DNA from: Cyanophora paradoxa CCMP329
Taxonomy: Eukaryota; Plantae; Glaucophyta
Reading direction: 5' to 3'
DNA length: 64,000 nucleotides
Assembly: GCA_004431415.1 (NCBI GenBank)
Contig: QPMI01000709.1
Span: 1-64,000, forward strand
How positions within the stretch are numbered: the stretch's first letter is position 1; every line of letters starts with the position of its first letter. The position numbers and the translations under genes are program-made. Shown here one piece after another: positions 38,408 to 50,101 of the stretch. The notes beneath the pieces are model-generated. The model worked only from the letters and a program-made list of their open reading frames with translations, did no database searches and was not told the origin of the DNA.

Positions 38408-41400
38408 TCAGTCGGCGGCGGGCTTGAGGCAGGGGGAGACGTCGACGTCCGGGAGGGAGGCCAGGCTGGCGCGGGCGGCCCCGGGGCTCGTGGGGCCGGC
38501 GGGTGTGGCGGGGGTGGCCGGGGGCGAGGACGCCCGCGCCTTCTTCTTCTTGCCCTTGCCGGCACTGGCGGCCGCGGCCGGCGTCTCCGCGGCGGCCGGC
38601 GCCCCGCCCGCCTTCGCCGGCGTGCCCGAGGACGACGGGGCCGCCTCGGGCCCTCCGAGCCGGCCGCAGAGCCGCCCTCCGGGGCCGGGGCGGCCGCCGG
38701 GGCGGCGGGGGCCGGCGCGGGGCTCTCGGCGGTGCCGGCGGCGGGGGCGGGCCGGGGCGACTGCGAGGGCGAGGGCGTGACGGGGCCGCCAGCGTGACGG
38801 GCGCCGGGGCTTGATGGGGAGGCCGCGGAGGGGCCCGCGGCGGCGGCGAGGTCGGAGAGGGACTGGGGCCGGGGCGCGGCGGCGCCGCCCTCGTCACGCA
38901 GGCGGAAGCAGACGAGGAGGCCCCGCAGCAGCATCTGGAATCGCTCCTCCCGCTGCTTCGCCGAGAGGCCTGCCGGCGAGGGGGGGGGGGGTGAGCCACC
39001 GGGGGTACGGCGTGGGAGGAGGCGGGCGCGGGGGCACCGCGGAAGCTGGCCTCGTCGAAGCGCGCGAGGGCGGCCTCCTCGCGCAGGCGCGCCATCTCCT
39101 TCGGGCCCGCCACCGTCTGCCGCCCCCCGCGTCGGGGACCAGGCGCGGGGCAGGACGGGGCGCGGGGGAGCAGGGCGGGACGCGGGGGGCGAGGGGCGGG
39201 GCGGGGCGGGGCGGACCTTGAGGGCCTCGAGCTCGTCGGCGGCGCGCCTGAGCTCGCGCGCGAGCCGCTCGTTCTCCTGCCGCAGCCGCCCGCTCTCCTC
39301 CGCCAGCCCCGCGTGGCACCCGCCCGCCTGCGCCTCGGGCACGGGGAGCTTCGCCAGGGCCTGCGCCACCTCCGCCGGAGCCCCGCCACCGCCTCCGAGG
39401 CCGCGCGCACGCTGCGGGGGCGTCAGGGGCGCCCTGGAGGGGGCGGGACGGGGCGGGCGGCGCGCCGGTCGGAGAGGCCCTGGGGCCACTGCGCGGCATC
39501 CTTCCGCAGCTGCTCCACCGCCGCCGCGAGCGTCTCGAGGGCCTTGGCGCCCTCCGCCGGCCCGCACCGGCCCGCTGCTGCTGCCCGCGCTCCGCACTTG
39601 CTCCGCAGCCTTGAGCGCCGCCTCGGCCGCCTGCTGCCCCGCCGCCGCCGCCGCCTGCCCGCCCTCTCCGCCTTGGCCCCGGCCTCCGCCGCCGCCTCCG
39701 CGGCGCCTGGCCGGCCGTCTCCGCCTTGCCGCCGGCTGCCTCTGCCTTCAGGCCGGCCGCCGCCGCCTGCTCGGCCGCCTCCTTCGCCCGAGCCGCCGCC
39801 TCCTTCGCCGCCGCCTCCGCCGCCTGAGCCGCCGCCTTCACCTCCGTCCGGATCCCTGCGGGAGGGCGGGCGCTCGTTAAGCGGCGGGCGCGGTGCGGGC
39901 GGGGCGGGGAGCGCGCCATCGAGGCCGGCGAGCGCCGCGGCGAGGGCCTCCTTGAGGGCCGCCTCGCCGGCCGCGTCGGCGCGCTCGGCCGGGGCCGCCG
40001 CCGCCTTCGCCGCCGCCTCCTCCGCCGCCTTCTCGGCGGCCACGGCTGCGGAGAGGCCTGCCGCCTCGGACTTCAGGCCGGCCGCCTCCGCCTTGTGGGC
40101 CGCCGCCTCTGCCTTGGTGGCGGCGGCCTCGGCCTTCTGGCCGGCCGCGACGGCCTCCGCCCGCGCGCCGCCGCCTCCGCCGCCTTGCCGCACGCCGCAT
40201 CCGCGTTCCTGGCCGCCGCGTCCGCGTTCTTGGCCGCCGCCTCCACGCCCGCCCTCGTGTCTGCCCCCCGTCGGCGTCAGGCCGGAGCGGAGCCGCAGGC
40301 GGGGCGCGGGGCGCCGGCACCTTCGACGTGCTGCAGGATGGTCTTGAGGGCCTCCCACACGGCCTCGTCCCGCTGCTCGCTCAGCGTCTTCTGCAGGCTC
40401 GAGGCCCGCTCCGCGGCCTGCTGGCCCGCCGCCTCCGCCCTCGCCCCGGCCGCGGCCGCCTCCCCCGCCTGCACGCCGGCGTTCGCCGCGCTCTGCGCCG
40501 CCGCGCCCGCCATGTCCGCCGCCGTCGCCGCGCTCCGGACGGCCGCCTCGACGCCGTCTTTGACGGCTGTCTCGGGGTCGGCGAGGAGCGAGCGCGGGGT
40601 CGGAGGGGCGGAGCGCGCACCGGCGAGGACCTGCGAGATGCTCGAGAGCGCCTCCTGGACGCCCGCATCCGGCGCGCGCTCCTGCGCGGCGCGCCGCTCG
40701 GCCGCAAACCGCTCCTCTGCTGCGCGCAGCTCGGCTGCGAAGCGCTCTTCCGCCGCGCGCCGCTCCGCTGCGGAGCGTTCCTCCGCCGCGCGCCGCTCCG
40801 CTGCGGAGCGTTCCTCCGCCGCGCGCCGCTCCGCTGCAAAGCGTTCTTCCGCCGCAGTGCGCTCAGTGGCGGCGCGCTGCTCGGCGGCGCGTCTCTCGCC
40901 GATGGCCTCCTGCGCCTCGGCCCGCGCACGACGGGCCTCATCGGCGGCCGCGGCGGCCTCGGCCCGCGCAACGTTAGCCGCGGCCCGCGCATCGGCAGCC
41001 TCCGATTTGGCTGTGGCGAGAGCAACGGAGAGCCGCGCGATCTCATTTCCGCGGTCATCCGCCAGCTGCTGTGCACGCTGCAGGTCCGCCCTCGTCTGCT
41101 GCGCCGCCGTCGCCAACGTTTCCTGCATCGCGGTCGTCGCATCAGCTATCATCAAATCGAAGGTGGGGGGCGATTCGAGCTGACCGACAGCTGCTTCACA
41201 ACCGAACGCAGTGCATCGACCTCCTTCTGCCGCTCTTCCCGGTCCTTCTCAGCGCGCTCCGCCTGCTCCTTGAGCAACTGCTCCCCACGCTTCTCCTGGG
41301 ACTCGAGCAATTTCTGCGCGCCGCTCAGCATAAGGCGGCGGTGCGAGCGTTCGCCACGGCGACGGCGCTCTCGATGGGGGTTTGACCGACGCACCTCGAC

Positions 41401-42191
41401 ACGCTGCGCTGCCCGATCGACGTCGGCTCTTACTGCAACGTCCTTGGAGCGAGCGAATAAGCCGGGCGTCGACGGGAAGGGCACGGGCGAGCTGGGCGTA
41501 GCGCTCGCAGCCGCTGCCGTGGGACGCGAGGGCGTGCTCCAGGGGTGTGCATCGCCAATTGACGCCAGCGGCGGCGCATCGAACTGCGAATGATGGTGGT
41601 TCGCCGACGGGGGGTCCGGCATATTGAGAGCGGTTCCGAGTCCCGACGCCCGCGTGGCGCGTTTGTCGACTGCGCTGCTGGAGAGATAGCTCCTGAATGG
41701 CTCATTCGAGGACTGCGAATGACTCGCCGAAGTTCGCGTGGTGGGCTCCCAGCCAGAAAAACGCGCTGGGGGCAGGTCCGTGATAATCGGGGCCCCGGTC
41801 GGGTAGGACGTCTCTCTCGGGGCCCCGATCGCAAAGTGCCGGTCCTCCTTCACCGGTTGCCGCTGAGACCCCTGCATACTCGGGAGCACGGCTCCTGGAG
41901 TGTACTGCAAGCACGCTAAGTCGACTTTCACGTCGCGTTGGCTGTCTCTCACCTCGGCCAACTGAGCCTGAGCGGCCTCTTCGTCGTCAAGTATAGCGTT
42001 CTCGTACTGTGAAATATGCGAGCGTGAGAGCGCGCGCCAGAGAGCGCGCCAGATCGTGCATTCACCTCGTTTTCTTGGTGGCGGACTGCGTCTTCGTGAG
42101 CGCCGTGTTCGCGATATGCAGCCGCTATAGAGTCGAGCGGTGGCGGATCGGACTGCGAATGATGGTGGTTCGCCGACGGAGGGTCCGGCAT
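38408..42191 (-). CDS. Large Ala/Glu-rich coiled-coil protein; start uncertain
   Basis: Long low-complexity helical exons; 30-bp AAEERSAAERR repeats at ~40690-40880; internal ~109-bp duplication 41583-41691 / 42152-42260. Confidence 0.45.
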
Positions 42192-42480
42192 CTTGCGAGC
42201 GGTTCCGAGTCCCGACGCCCGCGCGGCGCGTGTGCCGACTCCGCAGCTGGAGAGATAGCTTGTAAATGGCCCGCTGCGAGAACCGCAACACGCGGACAGC
42301 CCGGCCGGTGGGTGTTGGGTGTCAATGGGTGACTCAGGTAGGGTACCGGTGCAAGCAACCGCCAGGAGCGATCGGAAGAGCCAAGCATTGACAGCCATCC
42401 CAGCGTATTTATATATCCTGAGCTTTAGAGACGCATCGAGGCGGTCCCAGCACTCGGGCGTGCACGTGAGAGCGGCGGCG

Positions 42481-44105
42481 ATGGAGCCCCACGCGGACGA
42501 GCAGCACGTCTACGATGGCACGCGGACGAGCAGCGCGTCTACGAGGGGCGCGGAGATCAGGCTTGCATCGTTCTCGCTGCGCCTGGACCGGCCGCTCTCA
42601 AGCGTACGTGCAGAGTTGCGCGCCACCAGCGGCGCTTAGCTAACGCTGGTGCGGTCTCGGCTGCAGGGCGCACTCGTCGAAGGCGGCGGTGGCGGTGAGA
42701 CGGACGTGGAACTGACCCTGACCCGCGAGGCGGCGAAGGAGACAGAAACTCGCATCGCCATGCGCGTTGGCGGCCAGATCGTGCGCCCTGTGCATGCAGC
42801 CGCCTGTGCAGGAGTTCACCTCGCAGCAGGTCGGCTACCTGCCAGCGTTGGTTGTCGACCTGTTCCACATCGTCGAGTTCGAACTTCTTCGTCTGCGGGC
42901 AAGCGTGTCCCCGCTCTCCACGGGCCCCCTGCCGACGATCGATGTCGCCCGTGCGCGCTGATTGCGTGCGCCGCTCGTCTTTCGCCCACGCGGCGCGCAG
43001 TCTGGGGCCCCGAGGAGCACGGCGAGCTCGCCGCCGCCGCCGTGAGCTCCTTGACCAGCGCCCGCCTGCACGCCGAGACGCTGGAAAGGTCGGCGCTCCT
43101 CCTCCGCCTCCCCTTTGAAACCGCATCAGAGCGCGCGCGCAGGGCCGCCAAGTACCGCGCCCTGCGGGCCTCGAACCCCGAGCAGCCGCTGGTCGTCTGG
43201 AGCTTCCGCGCGGGGCGCTTCCGGCCGCTCCTCGAGCGATCCCCGCCCCCCGGCGCGGCGCTCGTCCTCCAGGCCGGCTCCGTCGATGCCCCGTCCTGGG
43301 ACGGCAAGGGATCCAGCACGGTCCGGCCCCCCGCCTCTGCCCCGGCACCTCGGACTGCTTCTGAGGCCTGCGGGCTGCAGGTGGGGGAGCTGGGGGCCCC
43401 GCTCGGCGACGCGATCCAGTGGCTGCAGCGCCTGCGGGTCGCCTCCTTCACCGCCGCCGTGCCTTTCTCCCCCGAGCCAGAGGGCGATTTCGAGTTGACG
43501 GGTCCGTCCCCGCCTTCGCCCCCTGCACGCCGCCTGACGCCCCCGCCAGTGCGCGCGAGCCACTGGAGCGCGGCGGCGGCGCGGCGGGTGCTGGAGCGGG
43601 CGGCGGCGGCGACGAGCCTGCCGCCCGTGGCGGCGCCGCGGAACGCGCCGGACCGGTGGCGGCGCTGGAGCGGATCGGGCCGGCGCTGCCGGGGATGAGC
43701 TTCGGCGAGCTGCAGCGGCTCCGGGCCCGCCTCGAGGCCGCCCTCGCCCTCGTCTTCGACGCCCTCGGCGACCGCGAGGAGCGCGGCGAGGCCGGGCCCG
43801 GGCCCGGGCCCGCCCCGCCCCAGGCGCCAGCCGCGGTCGCGGATCCGGCGCCGGCGCCGGCGCCGGCTGCGGAGAGCGGGTCCTCTTCCCTTCCCACGCG
43901 GACGGCAACGGCCTCCACCGAGGTTGCACCCGCGCCCGCTCTGGGCACGGAGCACTTCCCGCCGAAGCCCGCGTCCGCGGCCGGCGCGGCGAGGCCGGGG
44001 ACCTCGGGGACGGATGCAGACCGGCCGACGACGGCCGTCACGAGCATCTCCGAGGCGAGCGAGCCGCTCATGATCGGGAGGATGGGGCACGTCGCCATAG
44101 GGTAG
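42481..44105 (+). CDS. Hypothetical multi-exon protein
   Basis: MEPHADEQHVYDG... start with coherent exons separated by CTAAC/CTGAC..CAG introns; no family recognised. Confidence 0.45.
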
Positions 44106-44427
44106 CCGCCGAGCCTGGTATACGTAGCGCTGTCAGTTTTCCCGGATCATGACTCAGTGAGCTAGCGCTGAATTCGAAGCTTCAGAAGGGCCGGTGCTCC
44201 GGAAAGCATCTAAGCATCTAGCTGGGCTAGCTGCGGCAGCTCGCAGCTGCAGATCGATCGCGCGCAGCTCCTCTGAAACCGCTTCGCCGAACACCGAAAT
44301 TCGTGTATCCGTCTCGCGGGAGAGCGCTTGCTCGTGCGCGCTACCGGGCTGCCCGTACGAGTTTCTGGGCCAAACGTGCAGCTTTTGCGTCACTGCGGCC
44401 GCGTCCAGCGAGGGCTAGCCTGCGATC

Positions 44428-45961
44428 ATGGGTCGTAAGGACCAGAAGAGCGGAAAGGCGAAGTGGCGCAAGAAGATCGACATCTCGGATGTCGAGCAAG
44501 CGCTCGTGGACCGCCGCAACGAGCAGATCTCGCACGGAGCCCCGATCCGCGATCTCGAGGACTCGTCCCTCTTCGTCGTTGACAAGAGTGCGAGCGGCGC
44601 GCGCGCACCTGCGGCAGCGTTGGTTCTAAGCGCCCGCAGGCAAGGCCAAGCCTGCCCCGCCGAAGCCCAAGCGGAAGAAGGAGGAGATCCGGGCCCAGGC
44701 GCGACGGAGTGAGGCTGGGCTCGTGCACAACCCGCGCGTGAAGCCCATGGTGATGTCGTACCGCAAGGAGGGTGCCAAGGGCGTGCCTTCGGCTGCCGAG
44801 ATGAAGAAGGTCAAGCGCATGGCTAACGCCCGTACCGGGGTGCGCCCGCCCGCTGCCGCCGCGCTCCCGCCCGGGACCGACCCCGCGCGTGCAGGCTGGT
44901 GCGAGCGCTGGCAAGGGCGCGGCCGAGACAGAAGGGGACGGGATCTACGATCTGTGGGACGCGCCGGGTCCGCCCCCGCCCCCGGGCCTCCGCAGCGCCG
45001 CGCTGACCAGCGCCGCAGCGCCGCCGCCGAAGGTGCCGGCGGGGGTGGCGGTGGACTTCGTGGAGTCGGCGCTGAAGAAGCCGGTGAAGGCTCCGCGGAC
45101 GCTGCGGGTGCCGACAAAGGCGCAGGCGGCCGGCGTCCGCGCCGTGGCCGCCGTGGAGCCGGGCGAGTCGTACAACCCGGCCTTCGACGCGCACCAGGAC
45201 CTGCTGGGCGTGGCGCTGGCGCGCGAGGTCAAGCGCGAGGACGTGCGCGCGCAGCTGCGCGACGAGCTCTGCGTCGACAAGAAGCTGCTCCCCAGCGAGT
45301 CCGTCGGCCTCCGCGTCGACACCGGCGACACCGACGAGGACGAGGACGAGGAGGCGGCGGGGCAGGGGGCGGAGGAGGCCGGCTCGGGCTCGGAGGCGGG
45401 GAAGGCGGTGGAGGCGCGCAAGAAGACCAAAGCGGAGCGGAACAAGGACGCGCGCAAGCGGGCCGAGGCCGAGGCCGCCCGCCTCGCCGCCGAGGAGCGC
45501 CGCAAGGTCAAGGACCTCAACCGCCTCGCCGAGATCCAGAAGGAGGTCGAGACGAAGGCGGCGGCGGCGGCGCCCAAGGGCGAGCGGCAGGGCGCGCGCC
45601 CCCCGCGGCTCGGCAAGCGGCTGTACGAGGAGCCGGCCCCCGACTTCCTGCTCGAGGAGGAGCTCCCGGGCACCCTCCGCGAGCTCAAGGCGCGCCCGGG
45701 GACCGCCCGCCCGCCCCCGCGGGCCCGCGCCCGCGCCGGGCGCCCTGGAACTTGTCCCTGACGGCCGGCCTCGCAGCCGGCGGGCAACCTGGTGCGGGAC
45801 CGCTTCAAGAGCCTGCAGCAGCGGCAGATCCTCGAGCCCCGCATGCCCCAGAAGTGCGCCCCCCCGCCCATGTAGCCCGGTCCGGGTCGCGGCCGACGCG
45901 GGGCGCGCGCAGGAAGCGGCGGCGGTACCAGGTCAAGATCCTCACCAAGGAGCGCACCTAG
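44428..45961 (+). CDS. NOP53: Ribosome biogenesis protein NOP53 (GLTSCR2)
   Basis: KAKWRKKIDISDVE, SSLFVVDK, PGESYNPAFDAHQDLL and EELPGTLRELK/PAGNLVRDRFKSLQQRQILEPR. Confidence 0.92.
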
Positions 45962-46479
45962 GCCCGTGCTGGGGGCCCCTCAGCCTGCCATCATCATGGC
46001 ATTTGGCGCTGGCCATGACCATGCATATGTATACGTTGTTGTGTTACGCCAAATCTAGAGTAGCGACCGTACGTGTGGCACCGCGTTCACCTGCTAGCGC
46101 TAGCCACCTGCAGGTCACAAGTGCACTTGGGAGGCCGCATCGATGCATATGGAGCACGCAGATCCGGACGGTGCACGTTCGATGAAAGCTCGTATATACG
46201 TATACGAATAATCTGGAGCTCGAGGGCAGAGCAGGTGTCGCAGGAATCACTTCGCAACTGGTCATGAAGTGAAAAAAAAGTCCGAGTAATGTAGAACGCG
46301 TACAGAAGAAGCTACTCCGAATCTGACGTCTCTTCATGATTATCTTCAAAGATGATGCGCGTGTCCAGTAGCACGCTCTGCAGGCTCTCGCGCTCGATGG
46401 GGCTGAGCCGCTCCACAGCGAGACCCTCCATCTGTGGGACATCAATTACCTAAAATGCACTACTTATAAATATCTAGAA

Positions 46480-48162
46480 CTATAGATCTAGGAAAGCGAC
46501 AGCATAGCTCGCACCTCCAGCTTGTGTAGAAAGTTGAGCAGCGCGACGGCAGCGAGGTCTGTTGAGATGGGGAGGGGGACTTTCGTTCTCAGAACGCTTA
46601 GTGAGGGGGCGCATGCTGCGAGGCGCTGCGGTGCGTGAGCAGTGACAGAGTCACTCCTGGAAAGCTACAACACACTTTTAAAAATGCCCCGGGAATGACT
46701 GAATTCGGTGGCACTGTAGAAGTGCGAAGCATGAGCTTGTGCAAATTGGACCAGGCCAGCGGCATTGAGCTGAATGCATCGAAAGCCTCCGGAAAGATAC
46801 TAATGCTTGCAATCTGCAGAGAACGTAATTATAAGCAAGACACGAAGCACAGCACACACAGAGAGAGCAGCACCTTGAGAGTTGAAAGCCCAGCGATGGC
46901 ACTCATGATACGAAGAACACCATCAGTGTGCTCGTTGGGTTTCGTGAGAAACAGAGAGAGAGTGCGGAGCGACTGCAACTGCGACACGAACACAGCATTC
47001 AATGCCGCGTTGATTGTCCTTCTTAAGTTGATCGTCACATGCTCGAGGCAAGGCATGCTCTCCAGGAAGCCCAACCAGTCAAGGAAGCACAATGGAGCGA
47101 GGGCTGCCATGCGGCCACGACCACATAAAGGAAGATAGCGAAGATATTGCAAGATGTATGCGGCTCACCTTTTAGTTTTGTCAATGCGCACAGCGGCCTG
47201 AGATCAGTTTCGCTTGCCGTTGGCCATAGCTGGACACTGTTGGTTGCCGAACAGAAAGACAGTTTCAGGCGCTCCAGCGATGTGAATTTGGCTGCTGCTG
47301 AGATGCTTGCCGCGGGGCTAGATGTCTTGCTAGCTATGGCAGCTGAGAAAAAGAGCGCTCGAAGAGAGGACGAGAGAGGAACGAGTCCCTCCAGAACCGA
47401 CACAGGGAGCGGCATGTCAAGCTCAAGTGCCTGAAGGTACGCTCTCATTCACGCTCTCGAAAAGAATAAAATTGACTCTCAGACCTCAAGCTTCGAGAGA
47501 AACTGGATGATGGAGAGTGGCTGGATGACATTTGGCGAGGCGAAGTGTGCTGGATTCCAAGACGAAGCGTCGGCGCCGACATACAATTTGCGGAGGCGGC
47601 TCGCGCATCTGATGGCTGCCAACCCAGCGAAGTCCATCATCTCCTGCTCGCCGGCGTGTAAAACATCCAGTTCTTCTAATTGCCCACGAAATGCTGAAAG
47701 CAGCAGGCGGTAGCCGGCAGGGCTAACGCTGCCGCCATCCATGGTGATCCGCTGCACGGCCGCCCGCGCCTTCTCCGGCAGCTTCGTCAGCACCTCAATC
47801 GCCGTGTCGTCCGGTTCCCACAGAGCCACACGGCCCCACAGGCTGCCGTCGTCGACGATCCGGCGGAACCGCCGGCACACCGCCTTCAGCTTCACGAGCT
47901 CGTTGGGCTGCACGTCCGGCTCGTCATCTTCCGGATCAAGCAATGACAGTCGTCCACACGTTGGCCAGCTGATCCAGTCCCGCTGCGCCGCTTTTAACAG
48001 CATGCGTCCAAGCAGCTCGTCCGGCAGCACGTCCAGCGGGCAGCCTCCGGCCGCGATCGTTGTTGCCGCGACGTCGATTCTCAGTGCAGGCGCTCCGCTG
48101 CTGCTCGCTGATCCACCGCCTACGAGCGAAGTTGGAATTCGAAATGGAGCAGCCGCGGGCAA
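46480..48162 (-). CDS. F-box/LRR protein of lower GC; 3' end approximate
   Basis: F-box PLDVLPDELLGRMLL...LKAVCRRFRRIVDDGSLWGRV, followed by LxxLxL repeats (LEELDV, LRKLYV, LERLKL, LRTLSL). Confidence 0.7.
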
Positions 48163-48558
48163 CGTGAACGCTCACTGCTCGACGTGGCCTGCGCCCCAGA
48201 CGCAGCCGCTATGTCGCCTACATAGAGCTAATGGTCAGCTCCGAAGCGCGGGTCATAGAGCGAGTACAGCTCCAGATTCGATCACCTTCGCCTGCACTCG
48301 CCGCCGTCCGCGCGCGCTTCGCCCGGCGCTCGCGCGTCATTTCGAGCCTGGAGATTGAGATGAGCGCTCGGCCGGAGCTTGACCAACAAGTGGCGCGTAT
48401 ACGTACCCCGGCGAGCTGAAGCATCAGAAGCAATCATCGGGGAGCGCGCTCTTTCGGCCCGTACGTTCGACGCTTTTACGCGAGACGTATCCGCTAGCCT
48501 GCTTGAGCCGACCGCCTGCTCGACCCAGCTGCAAACCAGCCCGTCGCTGTCGACAAGC

Positions 48559-49827
48559 ATGTTCTCGTTCGGCCCAGCTACGTATACCGGGACCGCCGGC
48601 GTGCGGTCTAGCTGGCGCGCCTTGCCGTCGCAGATTGCTGCGGGCCCGAGCACTGCAGGGCGCCGGCTCCGCGGCTCCGCCGGCGCCGTCGAATGCCGGA
48701 GCGAGGCCAAGGCGTGCAGTGAGGCAACGAAGACTCGCTTCGACGCCATCCAGGAGGCTTCGTCGAGCTTCGAGGCTGCTGGCGCGCACGTCTCAGAGTT
48801 GTCCCGGCGGACGGCGATTCTCGCCGCCCTCGCGGCTTCCGTTGCGGTGCTCCCCGCGTCGCGGCCAGCGTTTGCTACTCCGGAGGACCTGGACAGCATC
48901 CTCTCGGCGCGCGCGAAGCTCGATCTGATCCCCCCGCTCATCAAGGCGGAGAAGTGGGTGCGCACGGCCTGCCGCACAATTACAGCCATGCCTACCCGCG
49001 TCGCTCGGTGGCATTCGGCAGCAGCACATAGACAAAGGCCATCGCATTTGCGAATGCTACGCTCCTCCCGGGTCCCCCAGCTCGGCGGCTGCCGTTAAAA
49101 ACGTTCATAGGCCGGACCACTTCATCTAGTTTTGCTGCTCGAGGCTGCACGACCGACTGCCCCCACAGGATGACATCCGCAACATCCTGGCACCGAAACC
49201 CGTCGGCAAACTACAGGTGTGGCGACGCAGCGCCAGGGCCCCCTTCCCGCCCCTCCCACGCCCAGGCCACGACACTCCCTTTCTTCCGCCCCCCCCCCCC
49301 CTCCCCCCCCTCCCCCACGCGCCCATCCCCCCCCCCCCCCCCCCCCCCCCCCCGCCCCCCTCCCCTTCCCTCTCCGGCCCCGCCCCCTCCCTCCCTCTCC
49401 CGCACGTGACGCGAGCTCCGCGGCGCAGAACTACATGACGGCGGTCGCATCGGGCCTTAAGGGCGACGCCCTCATCGCGGACGCTTTCGACGAGGTCCGC
49501 CCCGCAGTCGCCTAGCCTTCCCGGAGTTCATACTAAGCGCCCGGGGCGCCGCGCAGGTCGAGGAGACGGCGAACGCGCTCCAGGACATCGACACCGCAAC
49601 GTGCGCGCCCCCGGGCCCCGGCCCGCCGCGATTCGACGTCGGGCGCCCGCCCGAGCCCCGCGCGGCGCAGGTACCTGCTTGTCTTCGCGGTGTCCGACTC
49701 GGCGAAGGAGAAGAACGTGAACAGCCAGCTGGAGGCGCTGCGGCGCACCACGGAGAGCCTCGACCGCTTCCTCGCCCTCCTCCCCGCCGACGACCTCCGC
49801 GACGCGCGCGCCCGCGCCGCCAAGTAG
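48559..49827 (+). CDS. Tat-targeted thylakoid lumen protein, PsbQ-like helical bundle
   Basis: MFSF- transit peptide, LSRRTAILAALAASVAVL...AFA signal, LIKAEKW/DDIRNIL and C-terminal TTESLDRFLALLP. Confidence 0.6.
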
Positions 49828-50101
49828 GCCCCGTGCTCCCTTGTATGTCTGCTTTCTCTAGCCCTCGATTTCGTTGAAGTAGATCAGGCAGTATCCCTTG
49901 CAACTGCCGGCGCTGGAGGGGCCATTTGGGCCGTGAGAGGATCCGGGCCGAGTCAGGATGCCAGCCAAGCCGGGCCCGCCGCTGACTGCCGCAGTGCGCT
50001 CGCCCCGGCCACGGATAGTGCAAGCAGAAATTCAAATTAGATTTCGTGGGTGGCGCAAAAATGTACACGGAGACGACGGTCGGCCGGGAAACCGCCCCGC
50101 T

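Noticed and set aside
48958-49168. Possible ncRNA in the enlarged first intron of the PsbQ-like gene
   Set aside because: Some stem potential, but no recognisable C/D or H/ACA boxes and no rRNA complement seen by eye.
49288-49375. Long poly-C run (and poly-G at 19384-19407) as functional G-quadruplex elements
   Set aside because: Both are intronic extremes of the general C-rich 5' intron half. Homopolymer length is unreliable and there is no independent support.
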